The notes beneath the pieces were generated by a model. The model worked only from the letters and a program-made list of their open reading frames with translations. It did not search any database and was not told where the DNA came from. This document shows, piece after piece, positions 1 through 14,178 of a DNA stretch of 64,000 nucleotides. The position numbers and the translations under genes are program-made. Each line of letters begins with the position of its first letter. Position 1 is the stretch's first letter. Origin of the DNA: Raillietiella orientalis (Eukaryota); NCBI GenBank assembly GCA_036172245.1, contig JAYWIR010000027.1, positions 2,232,001 to 2,296,000 of the forward strand. The letters run 5' to 3'.

Positions 1-3000
1 ATTTCCCCTGCCGAGACGCTGGCGTCGCATCGTCGGGCGCGCCAACCAGCGGAACCTACCGGCGCCCGCTGTTGGCTGCCGCTCCCGAGGGCGGGCTAGG
101 CGGAAGTGGAGAGGTGGACTGCGGTCGGGCCCGCAGCCCCCACCGGTTGTTCTGCCCAGTCACATCAGGACAGACGGACAAGGGTGGGTGGGTCTGCGCA
201 TCCCACCAAGTCTGAGCATCCACTAGGGCGGCGGAGGCTCCGATGAGTTTCATGGCATCACGAAGGGGTCGAGGGATGAAGGAAAAGGAAAGAGGGACGG
301 AGGTAGTCGGTGAGATTACAATGGACTGGCTGGGATGGGAGTGGGATGTCAGATCCCACGATTTGCGGTCCGATACATCCCTCGCGGGATGCCAGAGAGC
401 TCCTCTTGGCGGCTTCACAGGCGATTCCGCCCCGATGTCATCCGAGGGCGACGGAGAGGGCGATTGGCTCCCCTGTCGTGCCGCTCCCTTCGGCGTCGCT
501 CCCGGTTGACGCAGGGCTCCGCTCTGCGTTGCAGCGGCACTCTCGGAAGGTTCGCCAGGTTGTCTCCTGGGGGAAGGGAGGGGCCCACCCAGTGTCCGCA
601 GGGCAATGCATGGTTGACTATGTGAACGTCATGAGCTGGTGGGGGGGAAGGGAGAGGGAAGGGTGGCTCGCGGGACTCCCTCCTGGAGAACAGTCTCGCG
701 GTCGGAGGGAGGAAGGGTAGGCCGCCGTTGCCCCGGATGACCGTTTCTCCCCGCACCCGGCGCAGCTGGCACTGAAAAGCACACGCTTCCCCCCCCCCCC
801 TCGTGCGGCGGTGGCGGTGCGCGCGTCGCACGGGAGCGCTCAACGCAACGTCAGCAGCAACGCCTGCCGCACCTGAGGGGGAGGCACGGGTCCGTTCCCG
901 GGGAGACGCCGAAGAGTCCGACTCCAGCGGACAAGTCCACTTCCGGGAGAGGCCGCTCTCTTGACAGCCGCCCCTACGCAATCGGACGGTCGCTGGGTGA
1001 CTTCACCCGGAAGTGGAAGTAGAGATCACCGGCTTGCAGCGGCGTCTCCAAAAGAAAGGAAAGGCGGCTACGAAACTGGCTACTCCCCCTCCCTCCTCTC
1101 ACCCGCGGAGCCACCACCTCTGGACCCCTTCCTCCCTTCGGGGAGTTCCCTCCTACTGACAACAGGTCGGTTCGCATTCTCGAAGGAACGCGCCCGTCCC
1201 CCTCCGAGCAGATGCTGCGGATCTCTCGGAGGTGCACCGCCCCCCTCTTCCGTCCTCTTCCTTAGTCGTCGCCGCGTAGCCCGCTGGCGTTCCAGCAGAC
1301 CTCGTGTTACCGACAGGAGGACGCGCGCGCTTCCGCTGCATCTCTGCTGGGAGCCTCTGCTGGCCCCCTGCCGCCTCGCCGTCTCGGACGGTGGTCAGGA
1401 TACCCTGAGGGGAGGAGGGGGGCGGAAGTCGCGCTCGCCGTTTCGCTCTCGCGACTTCCGCGTCCGAGTCCGAGGCCTCGACGTGCTTCCGCCGTCGTCC
1501 GCCTCAAGGTCTTTCTTTCCATATTGGCGAACGACGCTAGCGTCGCCGCCAGTCGTCTCCCTCTTCCCGACGGCCTGGAAGAGCAGGCGGCTTCGTCCTT
1601 ACTTATCAGGTCGTCCTTCTGTGGCGGCGGCAGCGGCGACGACTTCCTCCGGTCACTCGATACGTGCTTCGATCGCGGTTTCGCGGCGGCGGTGACGCGT
1701 TCGGTTGCTGACGACGGAGGGACCGCGCTTGTTCGCAGCCGCGTACCTTTCATGCCGTCTCAAGCGCGGGGCTGCCCTTCTTCTTCTGGTTGCTGTTGTT
1801 GACTGCTTGCCCGCCGGCGTGCTCGCTGCTAACCCTCGGTCCCCCTGGGCGCGCGTTCCGACGTCCTCGGGAGAACTCGAGCCTTCCCCGTTCGCCGCGC
1901 GGCGGCGCTCGACCCTTGGAGCCTTCCGTTTCGCGGCGACGGGCGAGCTCCCGCCCTGCTCTCTTCGTGGGGCAAGCCGCTCGGACGCGCGCCCCTCCGC
2001 CCGCATCCGCGGCACCGCCTCTCAAAGCGACCCGCGGTTGTGGCAGCACTGTCGGGAGCGGCCGTCTCGCCCGCCGCATCATCGCGGCGAAGAGCGGGAA
2101 GCGGAGAGAGGGAGGGAGGGATGAGGAGGAAAGAGGCTCCCGGGTGGTGTGGGCGGCGGGAGATGGGCGGTCTCTGGAAGTCCTTGGAGACCCCGCAGCC
2201 GCTCGCGACGCACTGTCGCGGCCGCGGCGACGCGCGCTCCCGCCTGGATCCCCTGCCGTTCCAGGGAAGGGAAATTCCGGGAGAGGATGGTCCCGTCGGC
2301 GCCAACGCGACGTCTCCCCGTCTCGGAATGCACTTTTTCTTTTCCTTCTCTTTCTTCCTCAATCCTCTCCCACTTCCCCCCTCCTTCCTCTCTCTTCTCC
2401 CTCCCTTCCCAATCTCTGCCTCCCTGCCCCGTCCTGCGCTCCCGCCTCGGGTTGGGGATGCGACGGGCCACGCTCTCTTGCCACTCCTTTGCCCCCCCCC
2501 CCGGTCCGCCCGGCGTCCTCCTGACGCGCCGGCAAGGCCGCCGCCATTTCTGGCCGATGGTCCTGCTCGCACCTTCCGAGGTCGTTGCTGTCGGGGTGAC
2601 GTCAGGTTCCCTCTGACCCGGGAGACCTCTCCTCGGGTCGCCGGCGAGGCACGCGGGTTTCCCATTGACCTGTTGTGCCCCGAGGGTTTCGCCGGAGCTC
2701 CGAGTGCGCGGATGCGCCCTCTCCCCCGGGTAGCCAGCGAGAGGGGCGACCCCGTCAGGGGGAGCGCGCGCGGATCGCCCGCCACTCCCAAAGAGCAAGG
2801 ACGAACGAGCACGATTCTGGAGGGCGGTCGTCTTCGCCAGCTTTGCTTTGAGGGTGACCCCGCAGGAGGTCGACCTGGCTTCCGCCGGTGACCGCTCCAT
2901 TCGCTGTTCGGGAGGGGGAGAGGGGAAGGGAAGGCAGCAAGCCGACCTCGAGACACTGCGGCCGCCGTTCGCGAGCTCTCGGCACGGGAAAGGGGCGTCC

Positions 3001-6000
3001 TTTGGTAGCAGCTGCTGCCGGGCGGCCCTGTGGGCAGCGGAAGGGAAGGAGGGAGGGGGGCAGTGCATTGTTGAAGAGGCGATTGTGAAAAGTGATTGCT
3101 GACGGCGGCAGTGCCGCGACCCGCTAATCCGAACTGGATGACGTAGACGCAACGCTTTGGCACGCCGACGTCGAACGGCGGGCGCCCCTGTAGCCAAGCG
3201 AAAATGGTGGGAGGGGGAAGGGGGGGGGGAACGAAGCGAAAAACTGAAGCGAAAAAAAAGGAAAAGAAAAATGAAAAATCGTACGCACGCTCCTGCGAGC
3301 GTACAGATGACTGCGGTGGAAAGACGAGGAGGTATAAATAGAGCGGATCCGGAAATAGAAATCAATTAGCACGCAGGCAGATGCATACTTATAGGCACAT
3401 GCATCTCCCAATTATCCCGGATGCTGCTTGCGAAGGAGCGCGAACTTCGGTGCTCGGAACCATTAATAACCGACCCAGCGTAGCTGCGGACGGTTCACAG
3501 CTTTCGCGGTTGCTCGCCACCATCGCCTCCGGCGTGTAATGGGCTCGCGCTTGGCGGGACGGGCGGCGGCTCGGGTGCTGGCGGCAGCGGCTGGGAGCAG
3601 AAAAGGGAAGAGCGTGAGAAACGCGGCTCGAGGTCGTCCTCCCTGCGTCGCGGACTGGACGCAGCGCGGGCCCAGGGCAGCCCTTCTTTCCCCTCCCCTC
3701 CTCCTTTTTCCGTCCCCTCCCCGTCTCAGCGAGTGCTCGCGACTTTGAGAGGGAATTCCACTCCTCCGAAGATGGTGCAGCGACGTCACGCTCCATTTGC
3801 GACCTTCAGGGAACGGTCTTCAGGGAACTGGTCCCGGGGAGGGGTGCCAAATGCACCTTCTCCTCCCCTCCGTCGCGGGGTCCCCCGTCCTTCCCGAACG
3901 AAAACACGAAGGACTCTCCTCGGGTTACAAGAATGCGGCGGCGCCTTCACCCGGGCACAGCGATAACGGCGTCATTCCCGGAATGTCCTGGATCGCGGCC
4001 CGACGTAGATCGATCCCAGCGGAAGGCGTGACGGGAGGGAATCCGGGAATTCCGACCGGAACGCACCGCCCCCACACCGGAGTCCAAGCCCATCCGGAAC
4101 ACGTGCCTTCTGCAGCTGTGGCAGCGGGAGCAGGGGGCGCTGCCGAAGCCCGAGGCCCAGGAGGGAAGCCGCCGTGCGCGAGGGCCTCGTCCCCCTTCTG
4201 CCCCGATCGCAGAGGCAAGAGGACGCTGCTGCATGCCAAGATGGCGAAAAAACCTCTGCTCCCCTCCCCACGAAAAGAGAAGGTGCAGTGCAGCTTTGCG
4301 GGGATGTTGATGCCAACGGTCCGGTCGCCGCACACGGGGGGCGCGCGCGCGACATTACGCACTCCCAGGGCTGGAAGCATTGGGAGACCCTAGGTAAAGC
4401 ACCATCGGCGCCCATCCTCCTTCTCCTCCTCTTCTTGCTCCCTTTTCCCTTCCTCCTCTATTCTTCAACTTCTTCCTCCTTTTCTTTCTACCTCCTCCTC
4501 TCTTTTCCTTCTCCTCCTCCCGCCTCAGAGCTGTGTCCTGCGGGATGGCCGGAAGGGGTGAGGAAAACGCGCAGGGATGCAAGTGCTCCCCTGCGTCGGG
4601 GGTCACGGAGTCAGGCGCCAGGTTGATCCTCGGGAGAGGACCTTTGGGGTGGAGGAGGCCAGTCTGGGTCCAGAGACTCCCCCTCTCCGGCACACCGATT
4701 TGCTTCCTCGATCTCCTCCCTCAGGCGTTGGGACCACCCGATGGGACCGTGCTATCGCGCCTCCTGTAGGAGGGGCGGCAGTGCCCTCGTGAACCTCCTC
4801 TTCCTCCTGACTTCCGTTCCGATCGAGCTGCCGCGGGGAACTCCCCATTCTCCCCTGGACAAGGAAGAGGTTGCATGAGGGAGTGAGGGATCAGTCCGGT
4901 TTTCCCACTCTCATTTCCTGCGCGTCCACCACGCCGCCTCTGCCCGATTCGTGCTGGCATCACAGGCCCCGCGTCGCCGAGGAAGGTCCTCACTGCGCAC
5001 CCCGACGCCTGACAAGGGGAGTTGAGTCCCTATGTAGAGGAGCGGGGCGCCGACCGCGCTCCTCTAAATAGGAACTGTAAGCGCGACCCTCCCGGTCAGC
5101 TAAGGGACGACAGCTCGGAAATTTGTAAAACTCCTCGGAGATGGCGCTGCAGAGCCGTCCAGCTTGAGCGGGCTTGAGGCGGCTGGACAAGGGAGAGCGG
5201 AACAGCCGGAATAGCGAGAGGCCTTCCTTCCTCCCTTAGGGCTCGTGGCGATGAAACAACCTCACCTTCCACGAAAAACACCCCCGCCGGATCCTTCCCG
5301 GAGAACATGAGGGGTAGCCGAATTACCACCTCGCCGACCCTCTCCGGAGAAGACGAGGGGTGGCGTGCCCCGTTTCCTCCGATCTCCTCCCGACTCCGAC
5401 AAAAGGTACAAGGGGGGAGAGAAGACCGGTGAAGGGGGGCACTGCGGCGCCAGCTCGTCTGCCGTGCGCCCGCGCCAGCGCCAGCGAGAGAATGGGCGGC
5501 GCCAGCGGGGCGGCTCGCCTCTCCACGCGCTAAGTTTAGCGCTCGCCGGCGCGCGCGGGCGCGGTGGTGGTCTAAAAATAGGTAGCTGTCGCGTGGAGGC
5601 CCACCGCATGCCGTGAATGGCGCGTGCGGAGAGGTACTGACGTCATCTTCCTCCTCCTCCTTCTCCTCGCTCTCCATGGGCGCTGGCGGGACGGCTTCGC
5701 TGACGTGAACGCGGAGGGGCGCACTCCCTGGTGCCCCGCCTGCGGGCGTCACAGCGGCTTCCTCCCTCCCCCTGGTACTCCAGGGATGCAGAAGGGTGGA
5801 GGAGAGATCGGCTAGCCCCTCCGCTTGGCGCCCGGACGGAGGAGCTGCCTCGTGGGCGCGTTCCTCCTTACCTGCCCACCTTCCAGGTGCATCGCCTCCG
5901 GCCTTCCCTTCCGCTAGCGCTTTCCGCGGCCGGAAGCGGAACTCGAGCCGGAACTCGATCCCTGGAGACCTTCCAGGGAAGACGCCCTCTCTCGAACGGA

Positions 6001-9000
6001 CGGCAGGAGGCCTCGAAAACTTGCCGCACTCCCCCCGGGGAGGCGAGGGCGCGCCTGGGGGGCGTGGCGGAGGAGAGAGGAGAGGAGGAGGAAGGGTCGG
6101 TCCAGACTGCCGCCCCTTTTCCTTGCACCGGTTTTCCCGCGCGGCGGGAGTCATCCAGCTCCCTCCCCCTCCCCGAGGCTTCGGGAAGGGAGAAAGGGAG
6201 GGAGGAAGGGCGGGCGGGAGCCGGGAGCGTCTAAATTTAAACCTCCCGGCCCTCAGTGCGTGGCGCTGAGGGGAAGAGGCAGGAAGGATGCAGCTGCGCA
6301 GGGAATCTTTCATCCCGCCCGTTCCCGAGAAACACAGCGAGAGCCACAACCTATTCGTGACCTACGCCATCCTCGTCGTTTTGCTGCTCCTCCTGTGGGC
6401 GCTCTACGCCGGGATACTGGGATGAGCCTCCGGGAAGCACGGGCGCGCCCGCGGGGGCGGCCCCCGCAAGTAAGTCGCAGTTCTACCTCCTGTCCCTCGT
6501 ATACGGCCCGGGAGGTGGGGGGCGGCGGCTCCTAGTCCTTGCCCAACGTCCGGAGGGGACTCCTTCGCTCCAGGCGCACCGCGACTTCCACGGACGACCT
6601 TGGGGAAGGACGCTCGGAGAAGAGGGGGTGGCGGGACCGCGCCCCCGGGGTCTGTGAGGAAGGGGAGAACCCCAGGGCGTTCCCCTAGGTGCGGGAGACA
6701 GGGAGAGGAAGCGGCTGCGCCCCGGTTGCCGTGGAGACGGGGTAGCTGCGCTGCCACACCCTCGCCTGATGTTCCGGGCCCACGCGCCTCCGTGCTCCTG
6801 CGGGGCCGTTTCCTCCTGGAACGCTTCCCTGGGGTGTAAGTGAATGGAGATGGAAAGGGGGGAAGTGGGCCATGAAGGCGCTTTTTCCTCGTACACCGCC
6901 GAGTGGTGCGGCTCCATCGCCGGTGGAGGTCCCCGCGTTTCCCTGGAAATGGGAGGGGAGGGGAGGGGGATGACAGCAAGGCAGAGGAGGCCGCGCGCTT
7001 TCCTCTGCACTCCCTCAGGGGCGGAGGATACGACGGGAGTCTAGAGAGAACGAGGAGCCCTCGAGGGCAAGGGGCCATCGCTACCTTCCCTCCCTCGGGG
7101 CGCCACCCACCAGCTGCCGCGCCCCCCATGAGGCCCCTCGTTGAGGCGAGCTCTCCCGGCAGTCAGGCAGGGAGAAAAGGGGGATGGGGTAGAGATGGCG
7201 GCGGCCCCGACCTTCCCACGGCCACGACGACGACCCACTTCCGGGACTCCCCTGTGCTTCCAGGCGCGGCGGCGCCAGCCATTCTCGAGAGGAGGCGCGG
7301 AGGACGCGCTGCATCCCCGGAGGCTCCAGCCGGGTCGGCTCTCCAGGACAGCCCTTCGCGTCCCCGTCGCCACAGCTACGGGCGCCGCGGACGCGGCGGG
7401 TGCGGCGCCGGACTCCCCGTGATCGGGCGACTTATCCTGCGGCCAGGGCCCGCCCTCGTAGGAGAGTACGGAAGGGAAGGAGGAGGACGACCACGACGCC
7501 GCGCAACCCTCCTCTCCCATTCACGGCCCCCCCAGCCCTCGGTGGGGGAGGTCCTCACGAAAATAAATGATCCTTACGTTCCAGCAGTTCTTCCAGCAGG
7601 GGGAGGAGGAGGGGAAGTCGGAATTTCCCCTCCCCCACCTACCCTTCCGGGAGCTCCTCGCCCTAGTGGACCCTGCGTAAAGGTGCTCCTTTTCGAGCGG
7701 ATGCCGACTCATTCCAAGGGGATCTTCGAGAGACGGGCGGAGGACCCTCACGCTTATGGAAGTTTCCGGGAAAACCGGAGGAAGAGGGACGTGGGGGCAA
7801 GGATATGGAACGGGTGGAGAGCCGTGCTCCCGGGTACCTTCGGCTCGCTTCGAGCAGGAAAGGCATTCCCGGCGAAAGCTCAGGGGAGGTTCCGGAAGAA
7901 GGGGGGGGGCAAGGCAGGAGCACCCCTCCGAGCACAGTCCACACCCTGGGGACGGCGTAGGGTGGGGGTTTTGCGACTCGAAACTTTGCCCCAGGCTCGG
8001 CTGCAGAGCGGTCCGTCCCTGTCGGACTGAAGTCATCCCTCGCCACGGAGACCGCCCTCAGGATCACCATCCGAGTGACCTCTGGGGGATGAGAAGAGCT
8101 GCCCCGCCACTGGAGGCGCTCCTTCTGATGCTGCAGGGAGCGGACGTGCCGGAGTGGATGCCGAGGCCGTCTCGGCCAAGAGAGGAGCGGGAGTGATTTC
8201 TCCACAGGAGTCAACCGGCTGCTGAGTCCGGGGACGTCTTCCTCGCTCTGCGACGCTGACCATCCCACGAGAACCATCCTGCAGCGGTCATCTGCGAGAG
8301 GCAAAGGTCTTCGCGCCCCTTCCCCCCCAACCTCCCCTTCCACGTGGTGCCCTCTCGAGGCGACCAGCGGCACCCCTCAGGAGGAGACCTTGGACGGCTT
8401 CGGGACTCTCTGGAGCTTCGATGCCCTGCGGAGACAGGGCGCCGTCCTTCGATGAGCGCCAAGGAGCCGTCTGCTGCGGCGATCGGCACGAGAAGTGAGA
8501 AATGCTCGCAGGCTGGCGCCGGCGTGTCCGGAAGATGCAGTTGGCTGCCGTTCAGTCCTAGAGTCCCATCCCCCACTCTAGTCCCACGTTCCCACTTCCA
8601 GATGTTTGTATCTGTGTGGGTGGGAGATGGGTGGCACCTAGACGGCCACTCCTCACTTCTCGCAGGAGAGCGGCACCTCCGGGATGCGTCCGGTCCGCGC
8701 GCCGTGCCGACCTCTTCGGATCCCCGCGCGGGGAGCGAGGAGAACCGTCCCGCGGGGGCATGTCGCCCTGCCGTCCGCCGCGCCTCTACAGGACGCGGGG
8801 AGAGAGAGCGCGCTTCCGAACTGCTTCCATCCCAGGAGGAGGGGGTTTCTTCGAGCGGAGGGCTGAGGCGGGCGAACCGAGAGCGGAGGCCCGCGCCATG
8901 GGGAAGCGTGGGGGAGCCGCCTCCAGATGCTGCATTCCGACGCCGGCCGGCACTGCTGTGCTTCCTCCCTCCACCACGTCTGAGAGCGTCCCACCTACCC

Positions 9001-9247
9001 TTCTCTCGAAGGCCGCGGCAGGCCGGTAACCAAGGAGACGCACGAACTTTGTTTCGGAAAAATCTTTTGTGCAGACTTTCCCCGCTCGCCGTGCCAGCTT
9101 TCCCACTCAGGGCTCCGCACCTCCTCCCGGGACCGCACCCTCGTGGGAGACCTCCCTCTCCGGGACCCTCGGCTCGCATCTCCTCCACCCACCCATCCCT
9201 GCCCTTCCGTCCCGCAGCCTCGGATGCCCTCCCGCCGTCCATCGACG

Positions 9248-9679
9248 ATGAAGCTCGCCCTGTCGCTTAGGGGCGCCGCCACGCGTCCGTCGTCGACGAC
9301 GGCAGGGGAACCGCCCCTGGAGAAGTGGATCAAGGAACGGCGCCCCGACCTGACGGGGCTCCTCGAGGCGTTGAAGCACACCGGCACACCCCAGGAGAAG
9401 TGCATCCTCTTCTCCAAGAAGTTCCTCAAATTCGTGAGCCGCGCCCGGCTCGGGGACGACCTAAGGAGCGTCCCCGGAGTCGGGCACAAGACGCGCTGGG
9501 CGCTCCAGGACAGGGGGATCCGGACCGTCGGCGACCTGCTGCGCGTCCACGCCTACTCCACGGACGAGCGGGAATTTGCCGACTTCCTGGAGCGGCGCCT
9601 CTCGGGATCGCATCCCGGTTCGAAAAAATACACGCTGGGAACGATCCAGGCGCTCATAATGTGGGAGCACTTGCACTGA
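9248..9679 (+). CDS. Divergent barrier-to-autointegration factor (BAF)-like helix-hairpin-helix protein, 143 aa, intronless
   Basis: [43 protein letters not shown] aligns without gaps to human BAF [52 protein letters not shown] matches DEDLFREWL and ALIMW matches CLREW. ATG at 9248, TGA at 9677-9679, GC3-rich codons. Confidence 0.55.
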   Translation: [143 protein letters not shown]

Positions 9680-12600
9680 GAAGGAAGGACCGAAATAGAT
9701 TTTGGAAGCTCCCACCGGGAACGCCTGCGTCTCCCAGAGTGTGCTTCAGGGACGCCTCCTCCCACCCATCCACCCCCTTCCGCAGCCGCCGCAGGCGGTG
9801 CGCGTTCCGCCCTCCTCCTTCTAGCCTATTCCACCTGCCCTCCCCCCCCCCGACGCAGGAGGAGCGGACGGGCGGCGGTACCTCCCCTCCAGAAGGTTGA
9901 GAGGCGTGGTCGCCACGCGGACCGCCGCCCACAAGCTCGGATGCCGGGCCCGTCTCCGGGAGAGGAAAAGGGGGAGGAGAGGATAGGGAACGCCCGACCC
10001 GCATGCTCCCGAAGGCAGGGCGCGCAGGGTCGTGAGGGGAGGCCGAGGACTCGCCAGAGTAGCGGCAGCAGAGGGGATGAGCGGAAGAGGGCTCAGGGGA
10101 TGCCCCCCGGGCAAGGAGCCATTGCGGTGCGCCTCCGGGGAGAAAGGCCTATTCTTCGTGGAGGCCGGAGCGAGGTTCTGCTTCCGCACCGGAGCCGACA
10201 TCTCCCCGGGTAGGTGCGCGCGCGCGACCACCGACTGCTGAGTCTTCAGCTCCCGGAAGGAGGAGGCGCCTACCCGACTGAAACGGGGGAGAGAAGGGGA
10301 GGTTCCCGGCCACTTCGCCGCGGCCGAACTGCGCCACATGCATGTTCCCTGCCTGTTCCCAGTACCCTCCGACATGAGCGGGAGGGATGGCGGAGCTCCG
10401 GAGAGGGCGCTGCCATTGCCATTCCGCGGTGAGCAAGGACGGTCCTTCCGTTTGGGGGGGGAGATCGGGGGAGCGCCACCCTGGTTCCTTCCCCCCAGAT
10501 GAGGAGTAACGACCCCGGGGGAAGCTGAGGAGGAGGATCCGGTTGGTGGCACAGGTCAGACCGGCGCGGGTCCGAGCGAACCGCCACGATAGCCGCCGGC
10601 TCCCGATAGCCAGCCCGGTCGCGCGGTACGGAGATGGCCGAGGGCGCCCCCGAGCGAGGAGCCGCCTCTGTCTGGAGGAGGAGTGGCGCACGGGAGGTTC
10701 CCCTCTGGACCTGAGGGAAGCTTGAGGGGGGGATTCCTCCTTCGAGGAAAGGAGGCGCTCAACGGCCGCCGCTGCCGCCTCCGGCGAAAGAGTGACGCGA
10801 CCGCGCGGGAGGTCGAGGAAGACATGCGCAGAAGAATTGCTGCGTTCGACGGGGGCCGAGGGGACTTTTCTGGCTTCAAGAGGGTACTTGAAGGGGAGGA
10901 GTGGTACGTAGCGCCACCTTGCACCCACAAGGACGCTGGCAGCCAGCTAGCCATCTTCTGAGGAAGACAGCTAGCCGCCCGACTGGCGGCCAGGACGGAA
11001 AGAGGGGACCCACTGTCTGCGGCTACCTGACGCGTAGCTCCTCCGGCGGCAACGCCCCGCGCGTGCAGATTGCGCCAGGAGCTTGGGGCTTGGCCCGCTT
11101 CCACGGTCTCCGCGTCAGACTTCCCCAGCAAGAACCCGCGCGCGTCCCGTCTCCTGGGAACCAATTTCCGACCGGATGGATCCAGGGACCATAGCACTTC
11201 CTTCAGGGGAAGCCCCAGAGCGAACAAGGGTGCGTGCGCTTCTGGTTTGCGCTTTCTCCGAGGCAGTTCTCTTCCTTTATTTTTTTCCCCTTGCTTTTTT
11301 TCTCCCCCTTAGACGCTTCTGAGGCACCTGCCCGCAGCGTGTCGCAGAACAAGAGGAAGCAGATGGTGGCGCGTCTACTTGATGGAAGCTCCGGAGGTGC
11401 TCGCCGGGAAATCAGGGTTGCTCCTTAGCTCTGCCCTCACAATCAGCCTTGCATTTCCGATACGTTGCGTCACACAAAGGGACCTCAGCTGACGCCGATG
11501 CTCGAACTGGATAGCCATGGGAGGAATCCAACGCCTCCTTGATGTCCAGAAGCGATGAAAGCCCGAGCAAATTCTGCTAAAGAAGTGGACTTGAATCATC
11601 CTGCTTACAATTTAAACGTTTTATGTAGACAGATAGAGCGTTGCAGTTATTAAACTGAGGAAATCGATCAAAGTTCAGTTCACTTCCAAGTAGCACAAGT
11701 AGCCATCTATAAGCAAAGCCCATTGCTGTGAAATAATAGCAAATTCACCTGGATCTGCATCAACATTAAGATGACTGTGTTAACACGATAAGGGCTGGCT
11801 AAACTTTGTAGCTGAGCGCCTGGAACTTTAAGCTAAAAAAAACGAGTTTTATACAACAGCTGAAGGGCAAACGGATGCACAGGTTCCGATGAAGATGAGC
11901 ACGCTTTAGAAATTCAGAGGCATGCAGACTAGATATTTCATTTTATTTTAATTTTTTTTTTTTAAAAAAAAACAAACAAACCTTGAAATACACTGTGATA
12001 TCTTCCGGGATTTCTCAAGAGCTTGCGAAATCTATCAAAAAACGGTGTGAAGCTGCTTTGCTGCTATGGGCTGGCAGTTTGGCTTTGTTTACCCTGCATC
12101 CAATATTTGTAACAACATCGCTAAAATCTTTGGATCTGTTGATCGTACACCTTTCATGCGTGCTTGAGAAACCCCTTCCACAAATCAGGATTACTGTCTG
12201 TATCACGGTGGGCTTCTTGCTTTACTTTCAGTACGCATTTTCTGAATGATCGAGGAAAAAATAATACATAATGAGCTATGAACGTTCCTTCGATCTTACT
12301 ATCTATACACTGTGGGGGAAAGGTTCGGTTGAGCAGCCCTGATAGCTCCCGACAAATCCACTAGGTTCATGGGGCAGAATTGTCCCCATCCTGGACAGAA
12401 TTTTCGTCTTCGTCTTTCGTCTTTTTTTGTGAGGCGAAAAATTCCAAACATTCCTTCTAAGGCTAGAGATGCGCAAATAAATTTGTGATATATAAACGAA
12501 ACCGTCGTCAAAAGACTCACTTGAGACGAGTCAGATGATGTGGGGCGATCCTCTCGGAATCCACTGGAAGCCGTTCCATGTAGGCGCCCTTTCATCCCCT

Positions 12601-14005
12601 CCACGGTGGCATTTGAAAGGACTTTCGAATTTCCTGCGGCAGTCCCACTAAAATGTGCTTCAAGTGCTTTGAGTACACAATGAATCACTTCCTCTTTCGG
12701 AATCCATTTTTCCTGGCACCTACATTTGCCACAGAGCCGCGTTCATCAGTGGTTAGGTGGGTTTGAAAAACATTCGCTCTGGCGACGCTCTGCTGTAATT
12801 CAACAGTAATTTGTTAAGCCAAACCAGTATCAGAGCGAGTGACCACCTCGGTGTTTTAAGATGGACAGACTTTTAAAACTTTCCAACCTTCCATAACAAA
12901 CAGCCGCACTCTTCCTGCTATAAACAGTCTCAACGTTCTACTGTGTAAATGTCAGAAGAGACAAACTGATTTGAACTTTCATCTCTAATCCAGGCAATTA
13001 GGGAAACTTCCGAACTTCCCATAGTATCAGTACTAATGAGACTCTTAGAGATCTTTGAGTTTATACCTTCAACAACCTCGCTGACTTTTATCAACATTAT
13101 CACAAACTATTCCTACTGCAATGAGAAGTGGCAGTATGCAGTGGAATCTCCCCCGTAGTCCGCTGAGCATTCTTTGGTATCATTACATGTGAAGAACGAA
13201 AACCACCTTTCCAAAGTCAGATTTTCCCAATCTTTTCGATGATATTTTAGCACACATATTCTCAAACACGAAAATTACAACTGTGGCTTATTGAGCCTAC
13301 TTTGGTCTCATCTTGATTGGTGGATGAGTCACGAAGAAGACTGTCACACGATGATGTTTCGAGGCACAGTCTCTAATGACCGAAAAGTGCATCTTCCGCG
13401 CCTGTCTCCCCATCTAAGACCTACATAGGAATGGCTGAGCGACAAACCACGCTAGCACCAATATTGCTATATAAATATTCTTTAATGTATTTATTGTATT
13501 TGCGGTGCAGTGACATAGCAACGTTGAATTCAGCAACGTTTCGTGAACGATCCCTACAATTGCATTGTTTACATTAATAAATAAATTTATAAGGATGGGG
13601 TTTTTCAAGCCTCTTGAAAATTGATGGCTTTCCACTAAAGACTGCTTGTACACAGACCCAAATGCAAGGAAAGTCGATGCATTTTTTGAATGTCTCATGA
13701 ATTATGCAGATATGAGAATTGGAATGGATTGCTGACCCTGTTAAGGAGATTAAAGCACCCACCTGAGTCCGGCAGGGGATGATGATGATATTGGAATAAA
13801 TCGCACCGTTCACGTCGCTTTAACCCCTTGCACTCCACTGGCTCCTCTGAGGGGACATGCAAAATGGCACCATAGATCCACTGGATCTATTGAGGGGGTA
13901 TGCATTGTGGATGCGTTAGAATAGGGATCCGAGTTATGCATTCTTTACATTACAGACCAAAAACGTGCAATCCGTTCTTCGGCATACAAAATGAGTGCAA
14001 AGAAG

Positions 14006-14045
14006 CGCCATGATCGTTCACAGCTTCCTGTGAACGATCACGGCG
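14006..14045. repeat. 18-bp inverted repeat (hairpin) inside the piggyBac left end
   Basis: CGCCATGATCGTTCACAG-cttc-CTGTGAACGATCACGGCG, 17/18 complementary. Confidence 0.85.
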
Positions 14046-14124
14046 AACATTACAAACATTACACTTTGCACAGTGGCAACCATGATTTCTTAAAGTTTGT
14101 TTTCGAACAGGACCTCGACTTTTC

Positions 14125-14158
14125 TATAAAAGTTGCTAGCTAACTGTCATCAGTCAGT
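14125..14158 (+). promoter_or_regulatory. TATA box + initiator core promoter of the piggyBac transposase
   Basis: TATAAAAG at 14125-14132 and TCAGTCAGT at 14150-14158. The A of the second TCAGT (14156) is 31 nt from the TATA T, the canonical arthropod spacing. ATG follows at 14179. Confidence 0.6.
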
Positions 14159-14178
14159 AGCAAAGCAATTTGCTCGAG

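Noticed and set aside
1..9200. Many long overlapping ORFs (up to 444 aa) on both strands
   Set aside because: They are R/P/G/S/A-rich with no recognisable domains, as expected from stop-codon scarcity at very high GC. An AT-hook-like RRKPGRPP near 2880 (minus) is too short to support a gene.
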